From Eledone cirrhosa (lineage: Eukaryota): a stretch of DNA of 64,000 nucleotides. Made by a program: the position numbers and the translations under genes. The notes beneath the pieces are model-generated. The model did no database searches. It was given only the letters and a program-made list of their open reading frames with translations, and was not told where the DNA came from. Location of the stretch: NCBI GenBank assembly GCA_964016885.1, contig OZ024762.1:15624001-15688000 (forward strand). Direction: 5' to 3'. Shown here piece by piece: positions 26,579 to 38,501 of the stretch. Each line of letters opens with the position of its first letter. The stretch's first letter is position 1.

Positions 26579-26726
26579 TGATAACGAAAGGACAGATTAC
26601 CACAGGACAATACAGATTTCTGGCCAAACAAGGTGGACATGTATGGCTGATCACTCAAGCAACGGTCATCTATGACAACCGTTCACAGAAGCCACTCTAT
26701 GTTGTCTGTGTCCACTGTGTACTCAG
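26579..26726 (+). CDS. HIF1A: HIF-alpha PAS-B/PAC exon
   Basis: ttccag/gtaggt. [50 protein letters not shown]; 148 nt, phase 1 to 2. Confidence 0.96.
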
Positions 26727-27044
26727 GTAGGTTGTGTTCCCTTATTTTGTATCTTACTGTCCTTTGTATCTATCTCATCCCCTTCACCTTCTAGGTTTTA
26801 GTGTTGTATATTTGATGTCCTGTGTCTTAACTCATATCATCTTGTAATGATTTAGCAGAATAATAGGTTTGTCAATTCAAATGTTTATAGTATCTTTACT
26901 GACAGACAAATCATTGTGAAATTTTGTAGTAGTATTTCTTAACATATTGTAATTATTTAGCAGAATATATCTAAAAATGGGTTTGTTAATATAATATATA
27001 TATTATATGTGTGTATGTATGTACGTATATATGTATGTATGTAC

Positions 27045-27097
<53 letters not shown>

Positions 27098-27102
<5 letters not shown>

Positions 27103-27495
27103 GGCTTAGTGATTAGAGCATTGGGGTTGCAATCGAAAGGTTGTGAGTTCAATTCTCAGACCGGGTGATGTGTTGTTTGCTTGAGCAAGACACTTTATTT
27201 TACATTGCTCCAGTTTACTCCAGTTTACAATCTCAGTGATTGTGGAGGTGCCACGGCAAAAAAGCACCCAGCCCACACTGTAAAGTGGACGTGTAGGCGC
27301 CACGGCAAAAAACCACCCAGCACTCACTGTAAATGGGGTTGGTGTTAGGAAGGGCATCCAGCTGTAGAAATCAAGCCAGAATCAGTTCTTGTATGAGCAA
27401 GACAAGGCCAGCCGACCGGACACTGCTCACAACAGGACAACCCGTCTAACCCATGCTAGCGTAGAAGAACGGACGTAAAACGGTGATGATGATGA
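27098..27495 (+). mobile_element. SINE family A, alternative tail
   Basis: Family A head and body; tail GGACAACCCGTCTAACCCATGCTAGC. Confidence 0.85.
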
Positions 27496-27906
27496 TTATA
27501 TATATATATATATATACATTCATATATATATCGCTATTTCAGAGCACCAATTCTAATTTTTAATTTCTGCCTGACCAGCAACCGCTCTGTATAATCAGTT
27601 CCTGATTATTACTAGAATTCTATAAGAATCAAACATTCATGATTTTCAGCAAACAGGTGGAGTAATTGGCTTTGATAAGTACCAATCAGTATGAAACAGA
27701 GCTCTGTTAGCTTTATCTCCCCTGTTTGCTGAAAATTTAAAGTAAGTGAGACTGTCACTACTCTAAAACAATAGCGTAAGGTCTTCGAAATGCTTTTAAT
27801 TAAGCATACAGTGTATTGCAAAATACACTATATATACATTCATATATATATATATATTTATGAAAATAAACCAAAGAAGCCTTCAATACATCAAAAGTCT
27901 TTATTA

Positions 27907-27944
27907 GCCAACAATGTTTCGTCCTATTAAGGACTCATCAGGGC
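27907..27944 (-). ncRNA. Minimal type I hammerhead ribozyme motif
   Basis: gcc CTGATGA gtcct-taat-aggac GAAA cattg TT ggc: intact core, 5-bp stem II, short stem III, GUU site, stem I gcc/ggc. Confidence 0.75.
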
Positions 27945-28039
27945 AATTAAAGCTATAAGAAGCACTATATATATATGTGTATGTGTGTGTACGTATGTAT
28001 ATATAATATTTATTTCGTTTTTGTTTCTCTTTTTTCCAG

Positions 28040-30306
28040 CGAGATTGAAAATCAACACGAAATACTCTCCATAGTGCAACAGCCCATATCTTCTTCATCT
28101 CAGTCACAAACAGATGTCTCCATTAAGGACAGCAAAAGCCACGACAACAAGAACAAGAACATTAAATTATTATCATCATCATCATCATCGTCAGCATCAG
28201 CGTCATCAAGACCAGTTTCTGGTGAATGTAGTCGATCCTACGCTCTGCTTGTTGCTCGGAAGATTGCCGCTTCGAGGAACGAGAGTCACCACATGCTGAA
28301 GAGCAAGAAAGAAGTGGCTGCGGAGAGTGATGGCGGTGGCGGTGGCAGTACGAGCCATCGACGTGGTGACAATAACAGCAATGATGGCTGCAGAACGAGG
28401 AACGAGGATGGCGACAAACCCTCATTGTCTCCGTATTCGTTGCCGTTGTCACCGTCAGCCGGCAACGTGTCCAAATCTATGCCGTCGTCTTCAGCAACAG
28501 CAAATTCTTTGTCCTCCTCTTCTCACCTTCTCGTGCTGTCCAGGCTTGGCAGCATGATGAACCAGCGCGAAGAATGGTCAAAGATGTGCAACGGTGATGT
28601 GACGAAACGTGGCTTTGGCAGTGTCGAAGATGAGATGCAGCAGCAACCGAGAGGACAGGAGAGGATGAGGAAGATAAAGAGGAGAGCTATAAACAACGAG
28701 GCTGAGAGAGTGATTAATAATATGAAGAATGATTACGGCAGTGAGACGTCGTTGGTGAAGGAAGAAGATGATGAAGTTGTTGTTGTTGGCGGCTGTAAAG
28801 ACAGTGGTGGAGGTGGTGGTAGTAGCGGTAGAGATGAACACGATGGTGAAGAAAGAGAAGACAGCAAGGGCATGAAATGGAAGAAGAAGAGACAGAAAGC
28901 TGACGATGCTGCTTTGATGAAGGACGGTGTAGTGGTTAATGCCCTCAATGTCGGCCTCCGTGACTGGCCGGCTGACAAATTCGTTGAAGCTTTGGAGCGC
29001 GAAGCGAAAATGCATTTTGAGAAAGCAGTGAAAAGTGACAAAAAAAAGGACAATAGTTTAATTGACTGGAAAAATACGAAGAAAGGTTACAATGGTGAAG
29101 CCAGGACAGACGAGAGTGTCTTGGCTGATGGCTTTGATGGTTGTGTTGGTGATTATAGCAAGAGAAAAAATACCAGAGTCAGCAGAGTGTCTAGATATGG
29201 AGGAAAAATGAGTGTCGAGGACATAGACAGTGCCGGCGGTGAATATTGTGAAGACGAAGATGAAGAAATGGAGGAGAGGGGCAGGAGAAAGAAAGCATGT
29301 AACAAGGCTGACAGCTTTGATAGCATTCTAGAAGTTTCTGAATATGAAGTGGAAACAGATGGTGAAGAGGATGAGAGAATTGATGGCAGAGTAAAAGATG
29401 GATGGAATATGAAGAACAACAAATACAATGTCGGTTCTGTGGAGATGAAGGAGGATGTTATGGATAATGGTTTTGACATCGGCATTAGGGACGTGTCAGA
29501 TGTTGGAAATGAGGAGATGAATGTTGACAGTGTGGTCATTGTGAATGGCAAGTATGATGATGATGATGTGGAAAGTGACATGATGGTCGAACTAACCACG
29601 TCAAGGCAGAGGAAGGCCAAGAAAATGAAGAATGATCTAAGTAACGATCCAATGATGATCGCTAAGAAAAAGAAAAAGATGACAAAGTCAAATGAATTTG
29701 TGAACCAGAACCAGCCACTTACATCGCCAATGAAGGACCTGAAGATAGAATCAGATGAGAGCGAAGTATTTGGACCCAACTCAATTGGGTATTCATTGAC
29801 GCCCACCGATTTCACTGTCGTCCCGTCGGCTCTCATTGAAGATGATAGCGATGATGATGATGTCACTGTTGTTGGCACGTCAACCGAGAACCCTCGATGC
29901 CCAACCCTGCTGCCAAGGAGCGTCGCTAGTGATGAGGGCAGCGACAACAACAGAGAGGTCAACAGTGTCGGCACATACCAGCAGGAGCTGAACCACTTCC
30001 ACGATCGCTACGGCACTGGTCACAGCCCAGGGCTTTTGCTAAACACGGAGAGGATCTTCACACCTCGGACTAAGGATATGGATGAGGATCACAGCACCAA
30101 CCCAAGCAACATCTCTCCTAACAACAGCACAGCAATGCTGACACCGTTTGTCATTGAAAACAACAACCGTAACAGCTCTGGGGTGACAGGTTCTAACAGT
30201 AGTGGAAGAAATGGCTCTACCAACATGTTAATTGATGACTTTGTGGCCCCAACAACAATGCTGTTTGATGCTCAAGATGACTGTGGTGGCACATCAACAG
30301 CTGGAT
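28040..30306 (+). CDS. HIF1A: HIF-alpha very large post-PAS exon (2267 nt, acidic/low complexity)
   Basis: tttccag/gtgagt within the 779-aa ORF. Begins EIENQHEILSIVQQ (post-PAC motif) and contains TERIFTPRTKDMD, resembling the invertebrate HIF pre-ODD motif; phase 2 to 1. Confidence 0.85.
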
Positions 30307-30341
30307 GTGAGTAGCACTTGGTTATTATTATTATTATTACT

Positions 30342-30990
30342 AGGGTGGTGAATTGGCAGTATCGGTAGAGCGTCAGACGCCATGCTTTACAGCATAGAGT
30401 TATGGCACTTTGCGTTCTGAGTTCAAATCCTGCCGAGGTTAACTTTGCCTTTCATCCTTACGGGGTCGATAAAATAAAGTACCAGTAATGCACTGGGGTA
30501 ATTGCTGGCCTTGTGCCAAAAGTAGAAACAATTATTACTTTTATTAAGGGCGGTGGATTGGCAGTTTCGGTAGAGTGCCAGACACTAGGCTTTGCGGCAT
30601 AGAGTTATGGCCCTTTACGTTCTGAATTCAAATCCCATTAAAGTTAGCTTTGCCTTTCATCCTTACAAGGTCGATAAAATAAAGTACCAGTAATGCACTG
30701 GAGTCGATTTAATCGACTTTTCCTGCTCCTAAAATTGCTGGCCTTGTGCCTAAAGTAGAAACAATTATTATTATTATTATTATTGGCGGTGGTTAAGGGC
30801 GGTGAATTGGCAGTATCGGTAGAGGGTCGGGCGCCATGCTTTGCAGCATAGAGTTACGGCCCTTTACGGACTGAGTTCAAATCCCGCCGAGGTTGACTTT
30901 GCCTTTCATCCTTACGGGGTCGATAAAATAAAGTACCAGTAATGCACTGGGGTAATTGCTGGCCTTGTGCCTAAAGTAGAAACAATTATC
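30342..30990 (+). mobile_element. Three head-to-tail copies of SINE family C
   Basis: Each runs GGCGGTGAATTGGCAGTATCGGTAGAG...GAGTTCAAATCC...GTCGATAAAATAAAGTACCAGT...AGTAGAAACAATTATT. Other copies ~3165-3360(-), 6725-6870(-), 24750-24940(+), 25032-25170(-), 34705-34900(+), 37605-37822(-), 46345-46540(+), 55172-55360(+), 61573-61770(+). Confidence 0.88.
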
Positions 30991-31109
30991 ACTTTCCTTC
31001 AGTTTTGTTTCCAGTCTTTCCCCAAAATAAAATGATCTACAGACATATTTCAATTGTATGTAAACACCCAAAAATGTTTACATAATTTAAATGTGTAACT
31101 CTCCGACAG

Positions 31110-31280
31110 GTTTCCAGTCGAGCCCCTAGCAGTGGAGACTTCTGGTGTATTGGCCCCAGGGCTACCTCCCTACTTACCGCAGGTGTGAGCCTCGTGAGAT
31201 GGAATGGCTCTTCCAGCGCATCTCCCTTACCATCCTCCGGGGAAACACCTTCTCCATTCTGTCTGCCGGGGCTGTCGGCC
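31110..31280 (+). mobile_element. CRE-like (RLE) non-LTR retrotransposon C-terminal fragment
   Basis: EPLAVETSGV then, frameshifted, WLFQRISLTILRGN; cf. PFAVETxG...QRISLAIQRGN. Confidence 0.6.
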
Positions 31281-31540
31281 GGCTGGCACGTGGGACCCCA
31301 TTTGCTCATAATACAGTGAGATGGGGAGGGCGAGAGAGATAGAGGTGATGACAGTGGGACTTTGGCTCTTCTGTCTTCGGACCTGGTGTGCAGTGTCAGT
31401 TGACCATAAGGGGGTAAAAGTGGCAGGATTTTGATCGGATAAATAATGCATATAAAACAAAATTTATTTTAATGCATTTTTATGCTGTTGAAGTGTGTAT
31501 ACATTTTTTAGGACACCCTGTGTATATATATGTATATATA

Positions 31541-31874
31541 TGGAGGCACATGGCTTAGTGACATTGGGTTTGCAATCGAAAGGTTGTGAGTTCAATTCTC
31601 AGATTGGGTGATGTGTTGTTTCCTTGAGCAAGACACTTTATTTCACATTGTTCCAGTTTACTCAGCTGTAGAAATGAGATGATAGGACTGGGGTCCCTAT
31701 CAATCCACTGCAAAGTGGTCGTGGAGGTGCCACGGCAAAAAAGCACCCAGTACTCACTGTAAATGAGGTTGGTGTTAGGAAGGGCATCCAGCTGTAGAAA
31801 TCAAGCCAGAATCAGTTCCTGCCCCACCCTTGCAAGCAGGGAAAAAGCGGACGTAAAATGATGATGATGATGAT
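31541..31874 (+). mobile_element. SINE family A (3'-truncated copy also at 36105-36273)
   Basis: Full copy with (ATG)n tail. Confidence 0.9.
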
Positions 31875-32045
31875 TTCATGAGACGAATTATGTATAATCA
31901 GTTGTAACTGTGGCCTTACACAGATGCTTAAGTTTCGTTGGGTTTAACACCAGTTCATTCAGTCTGCCATATTGTAATGGAGTTACGTATATATATATAT
32001 ATATATATATTTACTTAACCCTTTACTTCATCGTGTCTTTTTCAG

Positions 32046-32129
32046 GCATTAATGCGTTGGATGATTTGACATTTCGTGCACCAAGTGCTGGTGATGTGTG
32101 TATAGATTTGTCTGTACCTCCTAACTTTG
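32046..32129 (+). CDS. HIF1A: HIF-alpha N-ODD exon
   Basis: tttcag/gtaagt. CINALDDLTFRAPSAGDVCIDLSVPPNF, cf. human DALTLLAPAAGDTIISLDF (P402 site); phase 1 to 1. Confidence 0.92.
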
Positions 32130-32489
32130 GTAAGTATGTATATATGTGTATATATATATATATATATATAATTTTCGTTTGTTTTTGTTTACTCGAACTA
32201 CCTTTTTCCTGTATCTATCCGTTGTGATCCTGTCTCCATTTTTGTGCTCCTGAAGAAGGGCTAAAACCTGACACGTTGAACTTTCTTTCCCTCTTTCTAT
32301 AATATAAAGCGTGAAACTAATAAGACTTTTTGTACCTCTGTTTGTTGTTTCCTTGAACTATATATATATATATTAAAATCACAGATTAAAATTTAAGCAA
32401 AGAATCGCTTATGACAGGCTGATTAAGTTGAGGTCCAGAACCCAACGAACCCTAAGTACCTGTTTATGTCACTGTTGTAACTATATATA

Positions 32490-33755
32490 CAGGGTGTGGA
32501 CGATATTTGTTCGCAATTTTCAACTGCTAATTTTATGCAAATTTTTTTTACTTCCGTTGTCACTCTTGTCTTCATAAAAACAGTGACTATATTTCCATTA
32601 TTTATTTTCAGAATAATTGATTATGAATAATTTTGAACCTCCAAATTTGTGGAAGAGATACAGAGTTCTTCTTGGAATCCGCGCCGGGAGGACAAATAAG
32701 GAAATTTCAGACTTTCTCAGCGTCAGCAGGAGAATGGTGGAAAAGGTCAGAAAGGAATTGGAAGATTAAGGATTCGACTACGAAGCAACATCAGAGAGGA
32801 AAACACATGATCGATGATCTGACGCCTTCAGAACGCCCGAGTTCGTCGCTGAAGTTCAGGATATCATCAACAATGAACCTAGCAAGTCGATGCATGCCAT
32901 TGCAAGGGAGAAAGGCGTGGATGAAAAGCTCATTAGGCTGGTGGTACATGAAGACATTTGCTACGTTTCATACAAGATGAGGAAAGGACAATTTCTGTCA
33001 AAGGCGATGCAAGAAAAGCGACTGAAGCACACAAAGAAGCTGATCAACAAGTTGAAACACCCACTGGAGCCAGACATGCTGTGGTTTTTCTCCGACGAGA
33101 AAAACTTCTGCCAAGACCAGAAGATCAACTCCCAGAACAACAGGTGGCTCGCTGTCTCATCCAAAGACGTGCCCAGAGTCACGCAGACAAAGTTTCCAGT
33201 GACAACATTGGTCTTAGGTGTCGTCAGCAGTCAAAGTGACGTTATGCCACCTCACTTCTTCCCTGAGGGCCTCAAGCTGAACACCGATGGCTATATCTAC
33301 GTTCTGAGCGAGGTGGTAAAGCCCTGGATCAACAGGTAGCTGCAGGTAGGCCGTACGTGTGGCAGCAAGACTCAGCGCCCTGCCATACCAGCCAAAAGAC
33401 CCAAGCCTGGCTGTCAGAGAACTTCGTCAACCACACTTCACCTGACATCTGGCTTCCCAGCTCGCCTGACTGCAACTCCCTTGACTTCTTTATGTGGGGC
33501 GCAACAGATCTAGCTGCAATACAAAAGGCGATCTGAAGGCCAGGATCACAAGTGCCTTTAGGAGCCTAAGTCGAAGGCCTGTAGCCGGTTCCGAGGCCGT
33601 CATCAAAGCCAATGGCGGGTTTATCGGGTGAGATCGAAAGAACAAGTCATGAAGACAAACTGACCCAAGTTTGATAAATATATCTTAAAAAATAAAACTA
33701 CTGTGTTGTTTTTTCCTAGACGGTAATCTTGCGAACAAATATCGTCCGCACCCTG
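32490..33755 (+). mobile_element. Tc1/mariner-superfamily DD37D (maT-type) transposon, decayed
   Basis: TIRs CAGGGTGYGGACGATATTTGTTCGCA with TA flanks. WFFSDEKNF...QQDSAPCH...SPDCNSLDF, 37 residues between the second and third D. Frameshifted. Confidence 0.93.
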
Positions 33756-33796
33756 TATATATATATAAGTAGTTCCACAACAGTTAGTTCACCATA

Positions 33797-33837
33797 CCGA
33801 GAACAATTGTTTCACCTTATTCGGATCATCAGCTCGG
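33797..33837 (-). ncRNA. Hammerhead ribozyme motif in the left arm of inverted repeat 33767-33919
   Basis: ccgag CTGATGA t cc-gaataa-gg t GAAA caattg TT ctcgg; the right-arm copy has CTGGGGA. Confidence 0.7.
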
Positions 33838-34527
33838 TCTGAATGAAGACGAGCTGGGGATCCAAATAAGGTGAAACAATTGTTCTCGGTATGGTGAACT
33901 AACTGTTGTGGAACTACTTCTACCAAACTCATCCCAAGGACTGAGTGCTCTACTACTACGGATATAACCTTCCAGTGTTCTACTATTAAATATATATATA
34001 TTTCTCTGGTGGAATGTACAATTACAAACATTTATTTTTTCTGTAGGAAAAATTTCAATATTCAGAAACTAATGATTCTAAAGCTAGAATATAAAATTTA
34101 AAACAAAAAAAAATTTAATTTCACCAATGACCACTCTGAATGTTTAACACAACCTTCAAAGAGGGTCACATCCCCCCTACTTTGGTAATATATCTATAAC
34201 AAAGGAAGTGTGGTAAGGAACCAGGTGGACCATAACGCACCAGAGTACTCGATACTTAGAGTAGTAGAGTGGGTAATAGGAAAAGAGTCAGGACCCCGAC
34301 AGCTGAGCTCCAGCCGTTTTGACAGCTATTTCTGAACAACTAGCTGTCAAAACGGCTGGAGCTCAGCCGTCGGGGTCCTGACTCTTTTCCTATATGTGTG
34401 TGTGTGTGTGTTTGTAGATGTTATATTTGTATATGATGTAAGTTGTAGATATATAGACTATACACATAGTATTTTGTTTTCTTTCTCCGTTTGACTTCCC
34501 TGTTTCTTACTTGTCTCCCTTCAACAG

Positions 34528-34655
34528 AATCCTTGTTCAAAGTTCCCAGCATCGATGTTGACGATTCCTACACCATTAATACCGTCGGTATGTCAGAGAT
34601 ATGTGACAATAAACCCCAATGTGTAGCTGTACCAGATCTGTCTTCTCAACTACAG
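34528..34655 (+). CDS. HIF1A: HIF-alpha ODD-region exon
   Basis: Long pyrimidine tract plus caacag, donor gtagct; open frame ESLFKVPSIDVDD...SSQLQ; phase 1 to 0 fits the neighbours. No conserved motif. Confidence 0.7.
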
Positions 34656-34925
34656 GTAGCTAGATCTCATTTTATTTACTTCACTATATTACTATATTAT
34701 TATATGGTGGATTGGCAGTATTGGTAGAGGGTTGGATGCCATGCTTTGCAGCAAAGAGTTACGGCCCTTTCTGGTCTGAGTTCAAATCCCGCCGAGGTTA
34801 ACTTTGCCTTTCATCCTTACGGGGGTCGATGAAATAAAGTACCAGTAATACACTGGGATAATTGCTGGCCTTGTGCCAAAAGTAGAAATAATTATTATAT
34901 ATATATATATATGTATATTTCTCAT

Positions 34926-34961
34926 TCTTCTGATGAAAGACTAGCGTCCGAAACGTTAAAA
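34926..34961 (+). ncRNA. Minimal hammerhead motif of a dispersed repeat (other copies 12621-12656 -, 18120-18155 -, 47308-47343 +)
   Basis: Family consensus tctt CTGATGA ar gac-tagc-gtc c GAAA cg TT aaga; stem III is the ACGT palindrome. Confidence 0.65.
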
Positions 34962-35603
34962 CCCTCTTCCTGCTATAGCAAGCGTTAACCTAATATATTC
35001 TTTCCATATACTGTACCGATTGTGTTGTTATTTCTGTTTACCTTTTACATCATCATCATCATCATCATCATCATCGTCGTTTAAAGTCTATCTTCCACGC
35101 TAGCATGGGTTTAGACGGGAGTTGTCCCACGTGATGCAAGATTGGTTGTCTTGCTCGTATAGGACTGTCTGGCAGGTTTTCTATGCCTGGATGCCCTTCC
35201 TAACACCAACCACGTTTACAGTGTTTACTGCGAGGTTTTTACCATGTTACCTACACAGCCACATTACAGCGTGGACTGTGTACTTTTGTTGTGACACCTA
35301 CACGGCCTCATTTATTTAGGACTGGATATTGTGGCACCGACATAACTTTAGGTGTAGATGGCGGTGGGGGTGTATTTTTGGTTAGGCGGAGCCCACTGAC
35401 TGTAGGTTTCGCTTTGTACTTAGGCAAGGCGGGTCTGCTGTATTACTGCGTAGCGCCAAAGATCTCGGTCCAGTGACATTGTCTTGGAGAGATGTAAGTG
35501 TGTAAGGTCAGAATTTATCAAATCGTCCCATACTGTCTGTATATGTATATGCTAATTATCTAATATTCCCATCTCTTTCAAACCCACATCACGATGACAA
35601 TAG

Positions 35604-35698
35604 GATTTCAACGTAGAAGAAGCAGAGTACGATATTATGCAGACCACCCTGACATCAAACAATGAAAGTATGATGCTAAGTCCAGACATTGGAGATAT
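35604..35698 (+). CDS. HIF1A: HIF-alpha exon at the expected C-ODD position (degenerate)
   Basis: First AG after a pyrimidine tract, donor gtgagt. DFNVEEAEYDIMQTTLTSNNESMMLSPDIGD; phase 0 to 2 bridges the flanking exons. Confidence 0.7.
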
Positions 35699-35798
35699 GT
35701 GAGTTCAATTCCCAGACATTGAAGCAACCCTTCTATTAATCTCTTTTGATTCTTTTTTTCTTTCTTTTATTTATCTTTGTATATTTTGTATGCAGTTA

Positions 35799-35854
<56 letters not shown>

Positions 35855-35869
35855 CCTCCCTCCCTGCCT

Positions 35870-35936
<67 letters not shown>

Positions 35937-36568
35937 AGTAATCAACTGTGTTCAGACCTGGAGAGAGGAGATAGGGCTCTGCCAGGCTTCATAATGGTGT
36001 AGAAATGTTGTATGTCAATGTGGCACCCCCCCCCCCCCCCTACGACTCCCTCAGGGCAAAAAAAAGAAGAAAAACATTATATATATGTACACAAGACTGC
36101 ATGTGAAGGCACATGGCTTAGTGGTTAGAGCATTGGGCTTGCAATCGAAAGGTTGTGAGTTCAATTCTCAGACCGGGTGATGTGTTGTTTCCTTGAGCAA
36201 GATACTTTATTTCACATTACTCCAGTTTACTCAGCTGTAGAAATGAGATGATAGGGACTGGGGTCCCTATCATTAAATCACCCAAGACACCTCCAACGAG
36301 ATATACCTTGGAGGGGGCCAGCTAAACCTGCTTAGGTGTGAGCTGTAACAACAACAACAACAAGACTGCATCTTGCATTAATAAGTAGCGCCTGATGCAT
36401 GTATCAATATGCACTCACAAGTCATTGGGCAACTAACAGTTGGCATAGATAGATAAATTGAGAGATAGAGCACACAAGTCCCTTCCCAACCCAACCCCTT
36501 CTCTCTAAACGCTTACATTTTTGTCTTCTTTTCTTTTACTTTCTCACATAATTCATCTTCTTCTTCAG

Positions 36569-37419
36569 GATGTATTCAAAGAACATGTTGAGCCCCAGAA
36601 ACAAATCAGAAACAGGGTTGGACAAGGGACTCCTGCGAAGGTCCCCTTTTAATGAAAGCCCCTCACTAAGACCAGTACCCACTAAGACAATTATGGTCAA
36701 TCGCAGTCCTAACCCAGAATCAAACATAGAACTGAACACGCTTGCACCCAACAAGGGCCCAATGATGACCCAGATACAGCAGCCAATGACCCCTACTCAT
36801 AACCGTAATCCTAAAGGTAACCTCCAAGTTGGCGAAGGGCTGAAGCGCACGATTGCCCAGAACATGGGTTCACCACCCATCCAACAGCTGATGATGACAG
36901 ATCAGCCGGGGACAATAACATCTCATGTGAGCTGTAACACTAACCTCCCAGATGTAGAGGACATATTAATGCGCACATGTGCCCTCAACAATGAGTGCTC
37001 GCCATCACTAATACAACAACCGACATTGACAGAGAGGTTGAGAGCGACGATATCATCTGCTGCTAACCCTAACTCTAAATTACAAGCAGAAAAAATGCTG
37101 AAATGCGTGCTTGCCCTCAACAGGTCCCCAATGACTTCACTATCAGATTCAATGGCGATGAGGGCTCAGATACAACAACCAATGATGAGCCCCAACCTAA
37201 GCCAAAACTCTAATCAAGCACTTCTTCACAGCAAGGAATTGTCCGTGCAACCAGACCCGGGGGGGAAAATCAGGGGCCCTACCCCAGGGAAGGTTCGTAG
37301 ACTCGAGCCACTACTGATGTCAGAGGAAGTTCAACATCAAGAAGGAGATGGAGGTGTTTCCCCTCAGCAAGGATTTGGATGGCGTACAGCACAGACACGA
37401 CGACTGATCCACGAATATG
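36569..37419 (+). CDS. HIF1A: HIF-alpha exon with internal IQQP repeats
   Basis: cttcag/gtgagt; lies in the 304-aa ORF; phase 2 to 1. Confidence 0.82.
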
Positions 37420-38501
37420 GTGAGTATCATCATCATCATCATCATCATCAATTCACGTCCATCTTCCACGCTAGCATGGGTTAGACGGGTCCCATTTAGA
37501 GGCAAGCTGTGTCGGGTGACCGTCTTGCTCACATAGCGGTGTTTCTGGCTGGTTTTCTACGGCTAGATGACCTTCCTAACGCCAACTACAATCTATATAT
37601 ATAATGGTTTTTTATTTAGGCACAAGGCCATCAAATTAGGGGGAGGGTAAAGTCGATTAAATCGACCCCAGTGCGTGACTGGTACTTTATTTTATCGACC
37701 CCCGTAAGGATGAAAGGCAAAGTCAACCTCGACGGAGTTTGAACTCAGATCATAAAGGGCCGTAACTCTATGCTGCAAAGCATGGCGTCCAACTCTCTAC
37801 TCATACTGTCAATCCACCGCCTTCTATATATATAAAGTTGACAGGATTAGCATAAGTTTCCCTGCTAGTACCAGTTACATCTCAGCGTACTCAAATCCCA
37901 GAGTAGACACAAAGTTAATTGCTTCAATACAACACATGTAAATGAGTACCATAATATATATATACCCGTACTCGAGTGTTGGCCACACTTAATGCAGCAA
38001 GAGGGTGCACAGCATCTACTGTCTACATTTATTATGTAACAATATATATATAAATACTTTATGAATAATGTCCAAGAGTGTTTAACCCTTTAGCATTCAC
38101 ATTACTCTATATATACTATTGTATTTTCATGGTAAAGGCTTTACCTCACATAATATCTCACATAACATTTACATTACTCTATATATACTATTGTATTTTC
38201 ATGGTAAAGGCTTTACCTCACATAATTATCTCACATAATATCGAATCTATGAGATTTTGAGAACAATACCTTAACATCAGTTTGAGTGACCAGTTACAGC
38301 CAGTTTCAACAGAAAGAGGTAGAGAATTCTGGCCGGTTTTGGCTAGTTTGAACATCAAATGGTTAAGAACATGTTCTTAAACACTCTTTGATTGTTATTT
38401 ATAAAGTATTTCGACTCTGTATTATATTTGTTATTTTACATTGAGCTATTCTCATACTGGTAATTGGATAATATTTAAAATTACCCTCATTTATATATAT
38501 A

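Noticed and set aside
15701-26726. Alternative identity SIM/NPAS/trachealess
   Set aside because: RDAAR basic region, HPCDH, N-ODD and DCEVNAP C-TAD are HIF-alpha specific.
29153-29974. 273-aa minus-strand ORF
   Set aside because: Antisense shadow of the HIF-alpha coding exon.
35939-36002. Possible extra exon after a long (CT)n tract
   Set aside because: In the required phase it hits TAG before a suitable donor; no homology.
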